Of a stretch of 64,000 nucleotides of DNA, positions 37,801 through 53,183 are shown piece after piece (position 1 is the stretch's first letter; the number at the start of each line of letters is the position of its first letter). Under the pieces are notes generated by a model. It was not told the origin of the DNA and searched no databases. It worked only from the letters and a program-made list of their open reading frames with translations. A program made the position numbers and the translations under genes. Origin of the DNA: Lingula anatina (taxonomy: Eukaryota > Animalia > Brachiopoda); the NCBI GenBank assembly GCA_051362555.1, contig CM120640.1, forward strand, positions 16,554,001 through 16,618,000, read 5' to 3'.

Positions 37801-40800
37801 TTCCCATCCATAATGAAGATGTTAATTGGCAATTAACTCTGTTTAGTCCCAGCCCCCCTCTCTCCCCCATCACACACATCTACATGTACAGAGTTTCTGG
37901 TGAAATACCAGTCAGTCAGCCTCTGATCTGAAAAGTTGTCTACCACAGGAAAATATATTAACATAGGTAATTAATGAACCACATTATCTGGACAGCACAA
38001 TTAGTAAGTTGGGATTAACCTTTAGGTAAAAGAGGTTTACAACATGTATCTCTTGGTACTTATGCCATATGCATTATCAGTGGTTAGCATTATGAAGAAA
38101 CTTTCCAAATGTCAAAATAATCATGGACTTAATTATATCATCCAGGTTATCAATAACAGAAATCCAATTTAAAGAAAAATCTCTCTTAATGCTTATGACA
38201 ACATGCCAAATACAAATGTTCATATAATTTGATGTATCAGATTTGAAAAATGTGCTCCCTTTGGGAACAAATGTGAAAGCGATTTAAACCTAATATAAAG
38301 CACTTCAAAGTGACAAGACTATCCAGAGGAAGCTAGAAAAAAAGATTTTATAAACTAAGAATTTGTATGATTTTAGAATACCTATATGAGGGAAATAAAT
38401 ATTCTGATGAAAAGGGAATGTAATAATGCATGTCCACTATTTGCAAAAGAATCTACAGCTCAGTAAAATATCATTTAGTGAAAATGAGGGCAATCTCTCA
38501 GAAATTAAAAAAAAAAAATCACATTCAAATTGCTGTACATGCTGGTCTGCTGTTTCCCCTCATAAGGACAGGCCAGCAGATCTATTACCAAGAGCACAGG
38601 TTAATGTTTGCCACTCAACATGGTGTTTATACCGGTCTGAGCCTCCATGCTCTTCCTCCCTCCCCATGATAACACTGTATGGGACCAAAAAAATGGCAAG
38701 AGGTTATTTTGGCAGCAAAATCTTGAAGGGGCTCTAATTTCACCTCCCTACTATATATATAACAAAGCATACAAAAAGATACAACCAAACAAAGAAAACT
38801 TTTTCGCTTACCTAGAGGCTAGCCAATTCTCCTGCTGTTGACTACCTCTATCCGATGTCTATCAGAGCCGACAGGCATTACTGTGCCTGTAAACTACCTG
38901 TGAGAATCCCAGTTACAACCTCCACCCCTGTACATCCAATTTGTTGTTACTAATAATACTGCATAATTGACGTACGACACACTTGCTCCCACAACTCATG
39001 GAAACTGCCAATTTTTGGGGGGCCAGAAGTGCCTCCTGCTTCTTTATTTATATGAAAACCACTTGTAAAACCTTTGCCATCGAAGATTCTTTATGTATGT
39101 CTATGCAATGAAACCATAAACCATTAATTTCCAAGAAAATACTATCATGATTCATGAAATATTCATTAAGTGGCCTGCATGTCATATGGATTATACGGTA
39201 AATGTTTGGTCAGTGCTATTTGGTTGCAAGATCTACGTACCCTTCTGCAATGCAATTTTCAAAACAGATTTTAAAAAAATAACATAATAAGTAGGTATGA
39301 GCTCTTGAGCAGAAAGTGATTTATTATCCTAAATTGCAAAAATAATCATAAAATCAATATTAATAATAATAAAATTAGTTCTATATACATGTACATGTAT
39401 GTGCAGTAACTGCTTACACTTACTACTTTTAATCACGCAGCAATCAAATTTGGAAGCAAACAGCAAAACAGAACGATGTTTACCTACATATTTATTTAAA
39501 AAAAGTGAAAATGAAGTGAATATAGATAGACCTAACTCCCTGGGGGTTCACGCTAAATTGCAGTCAGCCGACCGCGAACGGAAGTTAATTACCCCCTTAC
39601 AGCTTGTAGTAGGCGGGACGGACATTTAAGCCGGATTATCTGACAGTAATCTAGTGAGACTCCCCACGGGGATAGATCGATCTAAAATCTATGGGAATGC
39701 ACCTTATGATGTAAAACTGAACCATCTTGTGAGTAACATCCTGCTATGTGTAAAAGCATGTGAATTAGATATATACTAAACTTTCATCATACTAATACTG
39801 CCTGCTTGGTTCACCTGAAGAAACCTATAATAACTAGCCCATTGCGCATGCACTAGCGCTTGACTCAACATCTTTCTCTCATGAAGAGCATTTGCACCAT
39901 GATATTTATACACTGCCAAAATATGACCTTAAAATCAACAGCTAAAAGATTCAGTAATATGATTAATGGTCTGGAAGCCCAAATGTAATTGTAGCAAATC
40001 CGGCAACCTTAAATTTGCAGGTGAGATATATGTGCAGCATGAACTATATGCCACACAAACTGATATTCTGAAATGAAAACAGCATGTTATGCAGTCTGAC
40101 ACAGAGCCTCAAACAGGTGAAACATTACTTGGGATGTCTAAAGATGAACTTATTTCCACCTAGATTTCAGTTGACTGAGGGGTAAAAATTTACAAATATC
40201 AAATAATTGACTTTTGTGTAACAATTTCAATGACAGGTGTCAATGCATTAGTTTTGCAGTCAATCTTTTGTCTGAATCATTTTAGGAAGAGTAATATACA
40301 TATGATAAATACCCCTGTCAACCTCTCAAAATAGAACCTATTGCCTCTTGGTTGTCTCAGCTTAAAAAGGGATTTATTTAACAAAAGTACTTGAAGTAAA
40401 AACTGACTGTTTGTGCCAATTATACCATTTAAGTTGAGGTTTTATGCCAAGACCTGCTTAAATTGCAGCTAGCCAAAACTTTCGTGATAAAAAACTGTAT
40501 TTGTGCACTTTCCAACGCTATGCGTTTATGCTCATGCTATACATTTATGACTGTCAGGATATCTTGCAAACATACCAATGCTGAAGGTTCATGTGTAAAT
40601 CAGAAAACTATTGGAATCCAAATGAATGTTTTTCTAGACAAAGTCATGCTAAATCTTTATGCAATATCTGTTTCTTTGAAAGCAAAATGTTGTGCCTGTT
40701 TAAAGAAAACCAAATAAAATTATGGAAAAATTTGCAATCTTGAACCTTTTTCTTAAAGATAAAGTTCTGGTCAAACCTAACCTAAAGAGAGGGTGTCTAA

Positions 40801-43800
40801 ACATTCTTTATAAGTGTTCCTGGCCATTTCCCTAATGAAAATCATTTTTTAAAATTTCATGTCTGTTGCTTGAACAAATGCCAATATTTCTATTCCTCTT
40901 AGAATTACTTTGGGCATCTATTTATATAAGAGACATGCAACTTTGCATTAAATAAACCTGGTAGTAAATAAAGTTAAGAAATACTTACAATCCTATCCAT
41001 GAGGGTCATTTTGAATGAGTCCTTAAAAAACAGCACTTCAGAAATCTCAGAAAAGCTGCAGATTCTTCTTTAGCTTAGATTTGAAGTAACTTTTAAATGC
41101 CTCACTGTTTTATAACAACAATTTAGAAGATTATTTCAGAACAAGAAATCGCCATGGCAACTTCTCTTTCAGAATTGCTAGGACTTCTGAGCCCAGAACA
41201 TCCAATCTTCTTGACTACGTGTGTCTGGGATTCTCAAACTTCCTTGAAAAAGCTGACAGAGACATCAATTATGAAATCTGTTCGGCTTGACTCCATTATC
41301 CCATTGGGTCATTGTAAAAAAAGCAGCACAGACAGCATCATTAACAGCCTTGTGAAAGATGCCTGCAAATGGACACCTCACTTGGGAGTGCTATTGGTGT
41401 ATTAAGCTAGGCTTTACTACAACTTATCACTCTTTTGTAGTTAACTTTTTTTCCACTGCCATTTTAAGCAATTTTAAAGGCACTTATACATATTCTCATG
41501 TGGGCTTTGGGCTGTATTTTACTTCAACTGGCCATTAAACATAATATTCTTTCTACAGCAAATTTTCCCAATAACCATTTCCCTGACATAATGTAAATTG
41601 AATATAGAACAATATCCTTCTCTCAATTGATAACACTTGGCATGGCATATATGTATTATTATAATTCTTTTACAATGTAATACATACATTAGTATACTTA
41701 TAAAGTCAGTGCTATGTATTACATATATGCTTGCATTATCCATGCAAAACAATCCTAAATGGTTAGGTTAAATTATATATCTTTTTTACCTCATGAAATT
41801 CAGTGTTGACCAAAGTCAATTACGGACAGTTTTTATTACTTTTTTTCACATTTTCTGTCCATATCCAAGAAGCTACATGATAAATATACTGTATATATAT
41901 TATTTAAGCAGCAGTTTCCAATAAATAGCTCAGCTTAAATGTCTTAACTGTTAAAATATTTTACCTCCAATTCCAAAACTATTGTAGAATTTGTGACACC
42001 ATTGGTTAAATCAATGAATTGTACCAAGAAATAAACTTGAACTAAAGGTTTATCTGTTTATTCCAATAAAGCAGGTCTGTAGCCAGCAATTTCAAAAGGG
42101 GGGGGGGGGGTTCTTTTTCTGAAAAAGTGGACCATTTACCATGAAATCTTTGTGTACCTAGATTAAATTTTACCTAAAGGGGACTCTTTTCGGGCAAAAA
42201 AGGTATGGGCCTGATAAAGGTTCACACCAAGCTCCAATTCAAATATAACTACTGTTTACAAGTTATGATTTCCACATCAAATATGCCCAGAATGATGGTA
42301 CCCCTTGTAGTTGCAATCAACATGAAACATTAAATTAAATACATTGAATTAAGGGAAACTGAAAAACTTTTGTCGGCCATTTTGAAAATAATTATTTAAA
42401 TTGATTTAAAACTGAACAAGCAAATTATCTGAAGGTAAATCTTTGGCTTTCACTGCTGATATTCTACTTAATTTTGTGAATTTGGATTCCATGTGTCAAT
42501 ATACAGACCATCTATCTCTCCTGTGGAATGAGGCCAGACAAATGTAAAGGTCATATATAACCTCAACTAAGAACAAAACACATTGGTCAAATTAGATGGC
42601 TGTTGAATGGTCAATTAATTATACTTCTAGTTTGAAAACAACTGACAATCACTTGGGTATTTCATTTTCTTTGCTGGTTTTTCATATTTCCATTTAAAAG
42701 GAAAATTACTAAGACTCCAGCTACATCAACCACACTGCCGATTCAAACATAAATAAAGCCTGCCTGCTGGCCAAACATTGCTTACAGAATGAACATGGTT
42801 GACTTCCAACATTTGATGTATTTTGTTCAAAAACTCCTTGAAAATGTGTTCAATTTATGATTTAAAGGCAAACAGTTTAGAATCTTCAAAGACTTACTGA
42901 CAAAATATATAATGCATGTTGGGTAAACATATAGAGGCTCCAGTGTGTAGCCATGGGGATCTACCTATATCCTACCTGCTTGTTAAACTTTTGAGCAAAA
43001 GGCTCAGTTTTAAGGGTTTTTTTTAAAGGTTTCACGTCTAGAACAATGTACTATAAATACAGACTAATTCTTGTTCTTTATTTTTTCTTAATTACATATT
43101 TAATTTAGGCTACTGAAATAAGAAGTACGACAGGGACCAAGTAAAAAACTGACAACAAAACTTTCACACTTGAATCCAATGCCACTTCAGGAAAACCTAC
43201 ACCTGTACATTTAATTTCATCAGCCAATCAGCGCATACCACTATTTGATTTCTGATGCAGGCTAATTTATAAGTCTGCCTGCTTATGTCAAAAAGTTTCT
43301 GGAAATTGCTAAACCATTTCAGAGTCATGATTACAGAACCCTTTCAACTGTAGTTCTAGTGACATCTTTACTAATGAAAAGTTATACCCCACAGTATCCA
43401 CTTTCAAGGTCAGATCTGATAGACTGAAACCTGAACAACTGTAATGCCTATAATTCTGTTGACCTGACAACTATATGCACTTAAAATGTACGGATTCACT
43501 TTGGTTGACAAAATCATGCCAGCTAAGGTTACAAATGTTAAAAAAATATAAATGGAATTTCTGAAACTTGATTACTTATATCCCAGAATCCTGCCATCTA
43601 CAAACTTAATTTGTGCAAGTGACAGTGAAAAGAATTTTGCAGGAAACCTTGGAGGCAAAATTGCTGGTAGAATGCAGTAATCTTGTTATAACATCCTGCC
43701 AAGAAAATTGTGGCTTTATCTTCCACGAGTTGAATGCATGCAAAATTGCTCCATGGCAAAATGACTAAGTACTAGAGGATGCAGGGGCACCCAAAGAAGT

Positions 43801-46800
43801 TGGAAAATATATGCACACAGTTCCAAACCAAAAATGTACAAAGTTAACCAAAAAATTCAAACTAAGTAAAAAGCAATATTTTTCATCTGATATTTTCACA
43901 AATGGTTATGCCTTTTATCCCCCATTACCATCCTGGATTGTACCCAGTTTCGAGTCCACATATTTCACAAGTATTTTTACCTAAAATGTTGAGAGAAAAC
44001 TACACAGAATTATACCATTTTGGAAAAAAATGTCTTAAGCATAGTACATCCACGTGAAAACTTGTGTGATGCAATTCTGACCAATCAGGGGCAACCTCTG
44101 TCAGGAATTTTGAGCTACCTTGTAAAACTGTTCACACAAGAGCTGTCTCAACTTTGATCATTAACTGTTGAGACAGGTGGCACTACTGTAGGACATCTGA
44201 GATGGATACAAAGATAAAATGAACATATGCTGTATACATAGCAATGTGAGTTTATTGCAAATAACTGAATGAATGTTTATAAGAATTCCAACATTCATTG
44301 TATTCACATTTAACTACTGTATAAACTGAAAAAGATACAGAATTGGGTAAAGAAAATTGATCTTTGTTTTTCTTCCTTGTCACTTGTAATTAATCTGCCC
44401 AGGGAATGAATTATTAAGTGTGATTTCAATACAGCTTCCCTCATCCTGACAAATATTTTAGCTTTGACATTGGAAACCTTTCTTGATCTGTCAGTAACAT
44501 CAAAACAAACAACCCAAGATGTTTTGAAAAAAATCAATAGAAAGATTATAATTCACTATGTGACATAATGCCTTTTTATGACTTCAAAAATAATAATCTT
44601 CACAAAATATCTCCAAAAGAATCTGTTATGGTTTCAAGGACCAAATGTAATGAGAGACAGCAAAAACAACTGCAGGTTATATCTAGCACAGAAAGTAAGA
44701 AGAAAATATCTGTTCAAATGTCATTTGGGGGGGGGGGATATTAAAACAAAACCCTGAGGTATCTCTTTAAGTTATACTTTTTGAAACTATATGGTGCTGG
44801 TATTTATCAGCTTAAGTGGCAATAATTTGACATGCCTAACTGCTTTGAATACATTTTTGATCTTTGTTAGTTCTTGGTTCATGTTTCAATCAGTTGCAGT
44901 GCGATTTGCAATGTTACCTAGGCAATTTCCGAAGTTAACTCAGTAGTCTGCAATGTTACCAAGGTAATGTGGCCATTGCTTTACAACATGCCACAAATGC
45001 TACCAAATGGAAATATCCATCCCTCGGGGACACAAATGGACTGGCATGATGTCTTGGGCAACTGGACCCATTATGGATCAACCCCTTCATGGCTGCTATT
45101 CAACCTATGTTTGTATGCTGCTGACAGTTAAGGGTATCAATGATACTGTTTACGTACCTTGGAATTTGTTTGGGTTGACAATTAAAATTATTTGTCTGAA
45201 GATGGGAAATCATGCTAGCTTTTCAATTTTCAAAAACAGAAACCAATTAGTTACATGAGTTAAATTTTTTGGTAAATGTCAATGTAGAGCTATAACACTG
45301 AACACATATACACATGCAGAGTATCCTTTAGACCAAGACAAACTGAAGAGGTCTCCAAGATCTGCTGTGAGAATGCAGGGTTCACTGACACCACCAAGGC
45401 AGTATATACCAAGGCAATGTGGAGCACTGACATATCCTGATACTGAAACATATAGCAAGTGATATTCTTATATAATGTTATTGTGGTAAACTATTTACCT
45501 TGCATACCAACGAAGTTTAAAGCATTCTGAGCCTTACAGATGATACTTTTTCCCCCAAGTATACACTACAGACGCTTACAGGTGATACTTCTTGATAAGC
45601 ACACACTAAAGACCAAGCATCTGTAGAATTAATTCCTGTGAGATGGTAAACCTGGATACTTTTGACTTTTTTGTCTGGCTCTGTAATTAATGGCACAACA
45701 TTATGCATGCAACCATCTAAACAGTTACATATGATTAAAACTGTTTGAAACAATTGAAATCTATCCAGTGAATTGGCTGTTGAGAACAGGAACTCTTACA
45801 CACATCATTTCAATACTGACACATGTAACACACAATGTGGAAAGGGTCTTTAAATTGTTTATTTTAATTCTATCTCGTTTCAATTAACATAGGAATGCTG
45901 TGAGTGTACATGCAATAGTGGCATTGAGTCTGTGGTGGAACGCAAACTGCAGGCTTATTGTTCAGGGCCCATCAGTCACTATATGGGGCAATTGTTCCAA
46001 ACATGAACATTCAATTAAAAATGGACAATTTTTGGTGGACATTTAATTTTTTCAACACTAAAAGAGAATGCACCAGGTAGAACTTCTGCCCAAACAGTAT
46101 GTTCACTGGAAATAAACTAGTGAAAGTGTCAGTAAACCCCTTTAATGTTTTTACTCTGCACATGTTACGACTTTTCAAAGTTTGCAGCTATATGACTAAA
46201 GTACCACTCAATGTAAAGAGGGCCTTAGACTGAAAAACATCCGAGTAAAAACATTATTTTATATGCATGGTCTTTATCTTCATGCACAATATTGTTCAAA
46301 CTTGATACAACTTTATACATGTGGCTAACAAAAACACTGAAGGTCAACACTGAAGGTCAGATCCATTTAGATACTGCGAGTTTGTATGTTAACCTAGACA
46401 TCATTTAAGCTTTGGTTAACACCTGACCAAATTAATTCAATATTAGTCCACCTATACATTGCTTCCTTCTTAACAAAATTGCCCCTTTTTTTGCAAAAGA
46501 CCATTTGTTCATGCATGATGCTAGCATGCCATAAAATAATTGAAAGGATGAAAGACATCAATGTTCCATGCTTTCTTGAGTTGAGCTATAGTGTACAAGA
46601 TTATAATAAGAGGCAAAGTTGTACATAAGCTAAAAAACATATGGACGTTTTACCAAGTCTTCCCTTCACATTTACAGGTAACTAAAACTGTCTTAATCAT
46701 CATTCAACCCACTTTTCCCTACTAAAATATCATGTTTGATCATTGCAAATCAATTATCCTATTAACCATCTAAATCAAATTAGAAACTACTCTTGTTTCT

Positions 46801-49800
46801 ATTTTGAAGTTCAGTACATGTAGACTGTACCATCATCAGTTCCATCCCAGACATGAAGCACCTTATAAAAATACATTAGCTGACAGACCAAACAACATAT
46901 GTGTGCACTCTCAACAATTAATCTTATTTATGTATAACCCTTAGGCAGCTTCAAGTCCTACATAAGAGTTCTGAGTTCTAACATTAACCAAAACCATAGC
47001 ACTCTGAGTTTTATGATTTTTGGACAACCCAGGCCATAGAAATGACTTAAATTCATACACTAAACCACTTTGTATTGCTGTGCTTATCTTACCCGTAAAA
47101 AAAAAAAAAAAAAAAAAAAAGAACAGCCTTCTGAATGCAAGTTCTGATGACAACTGTCCAGATTATAGAGAATGTTACATGAGCTGAAGAAAAAAAAATG
47201 GTTACCTAAGTTCATTTGTGTGGGTGTGAAGAACAAAATTAACAGCCAGCCAAAAAATGTTGATTTTCTTGTGTATACCCCTATAGTGACCTACTATAAA
47301 TGAGGATCTGGATGTTGCAATAAATTATTGCAACATCTCTTTGGAATAGCTGCTGGAGATCTGGGAGATTCTCTTGTTCCTGGCGATATCTGCCACCGAT
47401 CCAACTGCTGACGTAAAAGTAAAGTGCTGACAACATAAACTAATAATCACCTGCAGTTCTCGTTCATGATCATTAGGCAAAAAGAGTGACACAAAAAGCA
47501 TCAATGACCAAGCATCCTTCCCACAATCTTCTTTGATCTATTGATTTCCAGTGATATTATTTCTGCCTAAGTATAAAAGGTTAGAATTTTTACTGAAGCA
47601 CAGTTCAAGCTACAATCTAAAAAGATCACAATGTTATCATGTATAGATTAAACAAGTAAACTGTGAAATTAGTTGGCTATACATGTACCACACATAGCCC
47701 CAAGCTAAAAGGCTATATATAACAGTGCACAAAACCCTGTGCCTGTTGGCTCAGTTGCCCCTTGAAGCCTTCTTCACTTCCACTATCTACAAATCTGATC
47801 AGTTTCAGAGAAACTGGAGAGGCCAGAAAAAGCCACCAGATATTTCTTCCTCTTTAATACAGCACATGCCCCGACCAACGTCAATGCCAATGAACCACTT
47901 ATCTCCAATGAGATGCCTTCAAAGGCACTCTTCCAAAATGAATTGAGGTTCAAAATTACTTAAGCACTAATGATATCATTGAAGTGCTGATATCCCATCA
48001 TTTGCTGAATTTATCTTGAAATGATGAAAAGAAATACAAGACTAAAATTCAATCAGACTCCCCACCAATAAAAAAGAAATACATAAAAATTAAATTAAAT
48101 AAACAAAAAGGGGATGTAGAAATAAAAAGAAAAAAAAATTTCAGATATTAAAATAAAGAAGACAATTAATGAGTTGTCAATTCTTTTTTTCTACATTTAT
48201 AGTATCAGAGCCACTTAACTGTCATTCACTGGCCATGGCATATCTAAAACTCTGTATGGGGTGGGGGTGGGAGACTTAATATCAGAATGATAAAAGAGTT
48301 TATCTCCATAATAACCCACTATTAATTAAGTAATTTACCAGTCTAAAGATGCATTCAAATGGGTATACGTAAAACTGGTTCTGAAGAATCCTATTTTGCC
48401 CAAATGCTCACATAGTTATAAGACAGTAACCAGCTGGCTCTTCCCTTCAAAATACACACGCACACACACACGCGCACGCGCACACGCACACACACACACA
48501 CACTCTTTGCAAACCTGCATCCCCAGGAAATCAGGGCTGATAATATTGTGACAGCAAAAATGTTGCTTCAGAACTTGTTTCAATTCTATCTGAGTGCATA
48601 AATATAATATGTAGTTACAAAAATAAGAGGTAAATTTAAGAAAGAGAAAGTATTTATATAAAATATCTAACAAATGGTTTTAGGGACACCTTGTAGAAGA
48701 TATTGCAAAATTTATACCCACTGACATGTCTATAAGTAAATACTAGTTGGCCTTTTTAATTCATTATTGATATTTTTCAGAAATGTCTGGAAATTTCTAG
48801 TACACATGTAATACCAAGGACAGGTTTACAACTAACCTTTCATTCTCCAAACATGTGTAGTACATATGTCCAACAAGTGATACTCTGATCAGTTTATCAA
48901 AACAATCTGTAAAGGTCACCAATCCTTACTAATATTAGGAGATTCAAAATCTATAATTCAAGTTGTCATGCAATTTTGTTTATGCTGTCAAGCATACATG
49001 TAATATGCATTTTTTACAGTCATAGTTGACATTGCCACAAGTTGGGCTCAAGGATTTTAATTAAATTAAGTGACAAGATAAATAGATCCAATGATGACAC
49101 CCTTAAAATGGACAATGGACTACTCTAGTCACTGCAATTTAATTGTGCATGCAAAGAAAACGTACACTGTCAGATGATATATGTATATTATTATACAATA
49201 CTGGGAAAAATACATATCCATTTAATGAGAAACAGGAGATGAAGAGCAAAACAAACAGTGAAAAATTAAATACTTTTGACAAAAAAAAAAAAAAAAAAAC
49301 TCATTATTTGAACACCACTAAAATATTTTTGGTGTTAAAAGAAGTATCCTCCACAACAACTACATCATTAATAAAAAGACACTAATAAAGAATTGCATTA
49401 AAACAATAATTTATTTACTTGTGGTTTGATTGCTGCAAGTTGCATCTTGGCAATTCTCACTTCATTCCTCTTAGAGCATAGTTCTTCTTGGATTTCATAC
49501 AGCTTACCATATTGATGATTGGCAATATTCCTAAAAAAAAAAGAAACACCAAAACTTACTTACATTTGTTGATCAGTGCGATTACTCTCCTATGGTGCCT
49601 AATTCTCCCAGTCAGTAGGCGAGGTTAAATCTCCAAGGTGGGCCGTCTGCTAAAACACAGCACAGTTCACCTGGTTGTTTTTTTTTCTCCACGAATTAGA
49701 TAAATAAGTTTCCTGTTTTTTCTTGCAGTTTCTAGATTGAATAATTGGGTTTTGGCTATGCACTGCCAGTTCTTAACACTTCATACACACACACTGCCCA

Positions 49801-52800
49801 CACTTCCTTGAGCAGTGACCAGGATGTAAGCTCTCCTGGCCCCTATGCTACCTTTGCCGTCTGCTTCTCGAGCTATTGATGTCAGAAGTATAGGGGCAGT
49901 GTATATTTTATTTACTCCCACTCTTGGCTACGTCCATTTATATCTACCTTTGATTCATGGACTGTCTAACCATAAGCCATTAGCAGCCAGAGATATTCTC
50001 TCTCAATTTGGCCATTTTGCTTCTTACTGTTATTGGTGTATTGACTTCAGAACAATGACAGATCTTTAATGGGCAGAAATCAATAATTGTTTTCTAACAA
50101 AAGATGGTCTTTACAGGGAATGATAAAAATCAACAACATGTTGATGTTGCTAAAACAATGTTTTTTTTTCATGTCAACAGTATTTTCCAGACAAAAATTG
50201 GCAAATAGCAGACATTATCTTCCAACTGCAGCCATAATTCTAGCCTCTCCCCATTATTTATGGCTGAGATGAACAAGAAGCAAAAGCTGTACCTGAACTA
50301 CATGAACTTTCCAAGAAAGCTTGTGATTATTTTTGAAAGCAAGGAAAGTACAGAAACACTTTTTCATGTTCCTGTTGAATTAAATTAAGTCTTGAAGCAA
50401 GAGATTTTATTAATCCTTTGATAGGAAGTAACTTAACAGAAAAACTAGGTGAAAAAATCTCGCCAAAAATGAAATCTTGTAAACATAATCAAATGATTAA
50501 TTTGTAAAAGCAATCTGACACATTCCAAGAAATGTCATTAATTATTCAATTTTGTTCAATGGCAGATAACCCAAACCCATTTCCAGAAGCTTTACAGCTC
50601 TTGCAGTGCACTGTGTTGAAAGTAAAGAGAATTGCTCTAGGTCAAATCTTAGATACACAGGTGAGACGATCCTTAATATACTGCAGCATTAAGCTTCAGA
50701 GGGGGGGGAACCAAATGTTCCAGTCTATAAAAAAAGCCTAGGGCCTTCAGCAAATTTCAATGGACCGTATACAAATAAAAGGGCTTAAAAATTGCCCTCC
50801 CTGACCATTGCTCAAGAAAGCATAGTAAACCTTACTTTTCTGGGTCTGTAATTACTATTAATTCAGAAACAGAAAAGAGCAACTTGTAAAGAATCGGGAG
50901 ATGTTTCAGCTTAAAGGTTAGATATGATTAATCATGTTCTATAATTACTGTGACTGCTATGAAGGATTCAAGACCTTACTTAGTATTTAGTTTTGTTTCA
51001 TATACAGAGCAGATATTTTTTCATACAAAAAGATATAATAGCTATGAATATTTTATTGCAACTCTTTATGAAATTATGAATCATAAATATCATGAAGATG
51101 AAAAACAAAATTCATTGGCCAAATAAACATTCTGGATAATATTTTTTTTTCTTTCTCATTCATTTTTAAAAAAATTTGTTTACCATGTAGTTCCAAGAAC
51201 TGTGTTGTGTTAGGACCAGTATATCAAAAATAAGTTTGAACTTGCATATGACCAATGAAGTAACTTTTTCCCAATGGAACTTATCTAGTGTTGGCAATGA
51301 AGTGTCTATCTCTTAGTATGCCATTCACTCACCGATCACCATTAGTGGTGTTCTCTTAAATGCCAGAACTTACCCCAGGTTATCCAGTGATGGTGGAATT
51401 GCCTTTCATTTATGTGGTAAATGGGGAAATCTTTGAAATTAAACTGTCATATATAGAGCAACAAATCTGATTTGTTCCAGAATTTTCTTTTGGTCTGTTA
51501 TTTTTGGAGTAGTATTAATCTCATTCACTGACATCCAATTTTTAATGCTCTTTCTATTCTGACATCAATAACTTAAGAACAGCATTTCTGATGATGTTTC
51601 CTTACATGAACCTGACCCATAGCTGTTTGAATGTTATTTTTTTTTCTCTTTTGAATTGAATCATGAACTGAATTTCCATAACAAACTACATCTTTACCTG
51701 TGGATTCAATTTCTAAAAGATGCAGTGCATGCCTAATTAATTTTCAGAAGTCGAAAACATAGGATCAATGAGAGAGTAAGGGAGAGAGAAAGAGAGACAA
51801 TTTTCTCCACATTTCTAAAATAGGATACCTGCAGGGATTATAACTATTTTAGTAGTATTGGATACTATATGTAGGTTTGCTCATCTATAGGCTGCAAACA
51901 ACTAGCCCTGCTTATAATAAACCTGCTTAAAGGTATGGAGACCCTACTTTCATTAAAGTACAATCAAGTGAATACTGAAGTTCTGACCAGGCAGGAGGAC
52001 ATATCCTACACTGGGGACAGAAATGTAGTCTGTTTAATTTTATAAATTTTCAGTTCTAAATGATGAAACATACAATTTGGAATGTTATAAGTGTCATACT
52101 GAATTTTGTCGCATTTTGATGTTAAAGAGACCAAATCGAGCATTCTTGTACAAAATAATGAATAACAATTAATTCCCCTTATGTCATCAACAACTTTCAA
52201 CCTAATTATTATTTTCTACTGAGTTTCAAATTCAAAAACAAAACAAATATGCTCATTATGGAAAAACTTTTTTAATGTATTCGCTGACTGTCTCCAATAA
52301 AGGATGCATGCCAAGCAATATGAAAAATATGTAATGTGTCTTTAAAAAAATGTGTCCTGGAGGCTTTATGTTATCTTTATCCTGGTCATCTGTTCCTCAT
52401 CATCATCACCATTCTCTTTTTCCTCATCCTCATCTTATGTACTTACTTCTTGCATTCTTCTGTGAGAGTTGCGATGGATTCCTGTTGGAACTGGATCTCA
52501 GACAACAGGTTGGCTGCTTGCTTCTCCAGAATACTCTGTTTGGAATCGAGAACTGTTTGGGTTCCTCTGTTGAGAATTAACTGATCATCAAGTAGATTCT
52601 GTGAAATCAATAAAATTAATTCCTTCAGTAATTATTGCACAAGATTTTACAACCATTACTCCATAAATATTACATCTTGTAGTAGAATTAGTAGTACCAA
52701 TAGCAGTTACTGTTTTTAAATAGCAGTATATATATACATATTGACTCGATATTTTCAATGAGCAAAAAATATCAAACTTTCAGATATAAATTTAAAATCA

Positions 52801-53130
52801 TAAAAATTATATTTTTATATAGCATTTGTGGTGCTTTTAATGCATAGAAAAGAACAATAAGGTAGTCTGCTGTTCAATTTTGTTGTAACCACTCAAAAGG
52901 AATGCCCTTATTTTAAGAAATGATGACTTAAAAAATACAGTATCTGTAAAATTCACAGTTTTCCCCCATTGAAAAGATCGAGTCATTACCGTAGTCACAA
53001 TTCCTCAGTTTTCTTAATACAAAAAATAACAGTCCATCACATCTATACCAATTACTTCTTGTGTCACCAGTGTCTATTCTTCAACTTGAAAGTGTGTGTG
53101 TGTGTGGTTAAAATTATAACATACAGAATG

Positions 53131-53183
<53 letters not shown>

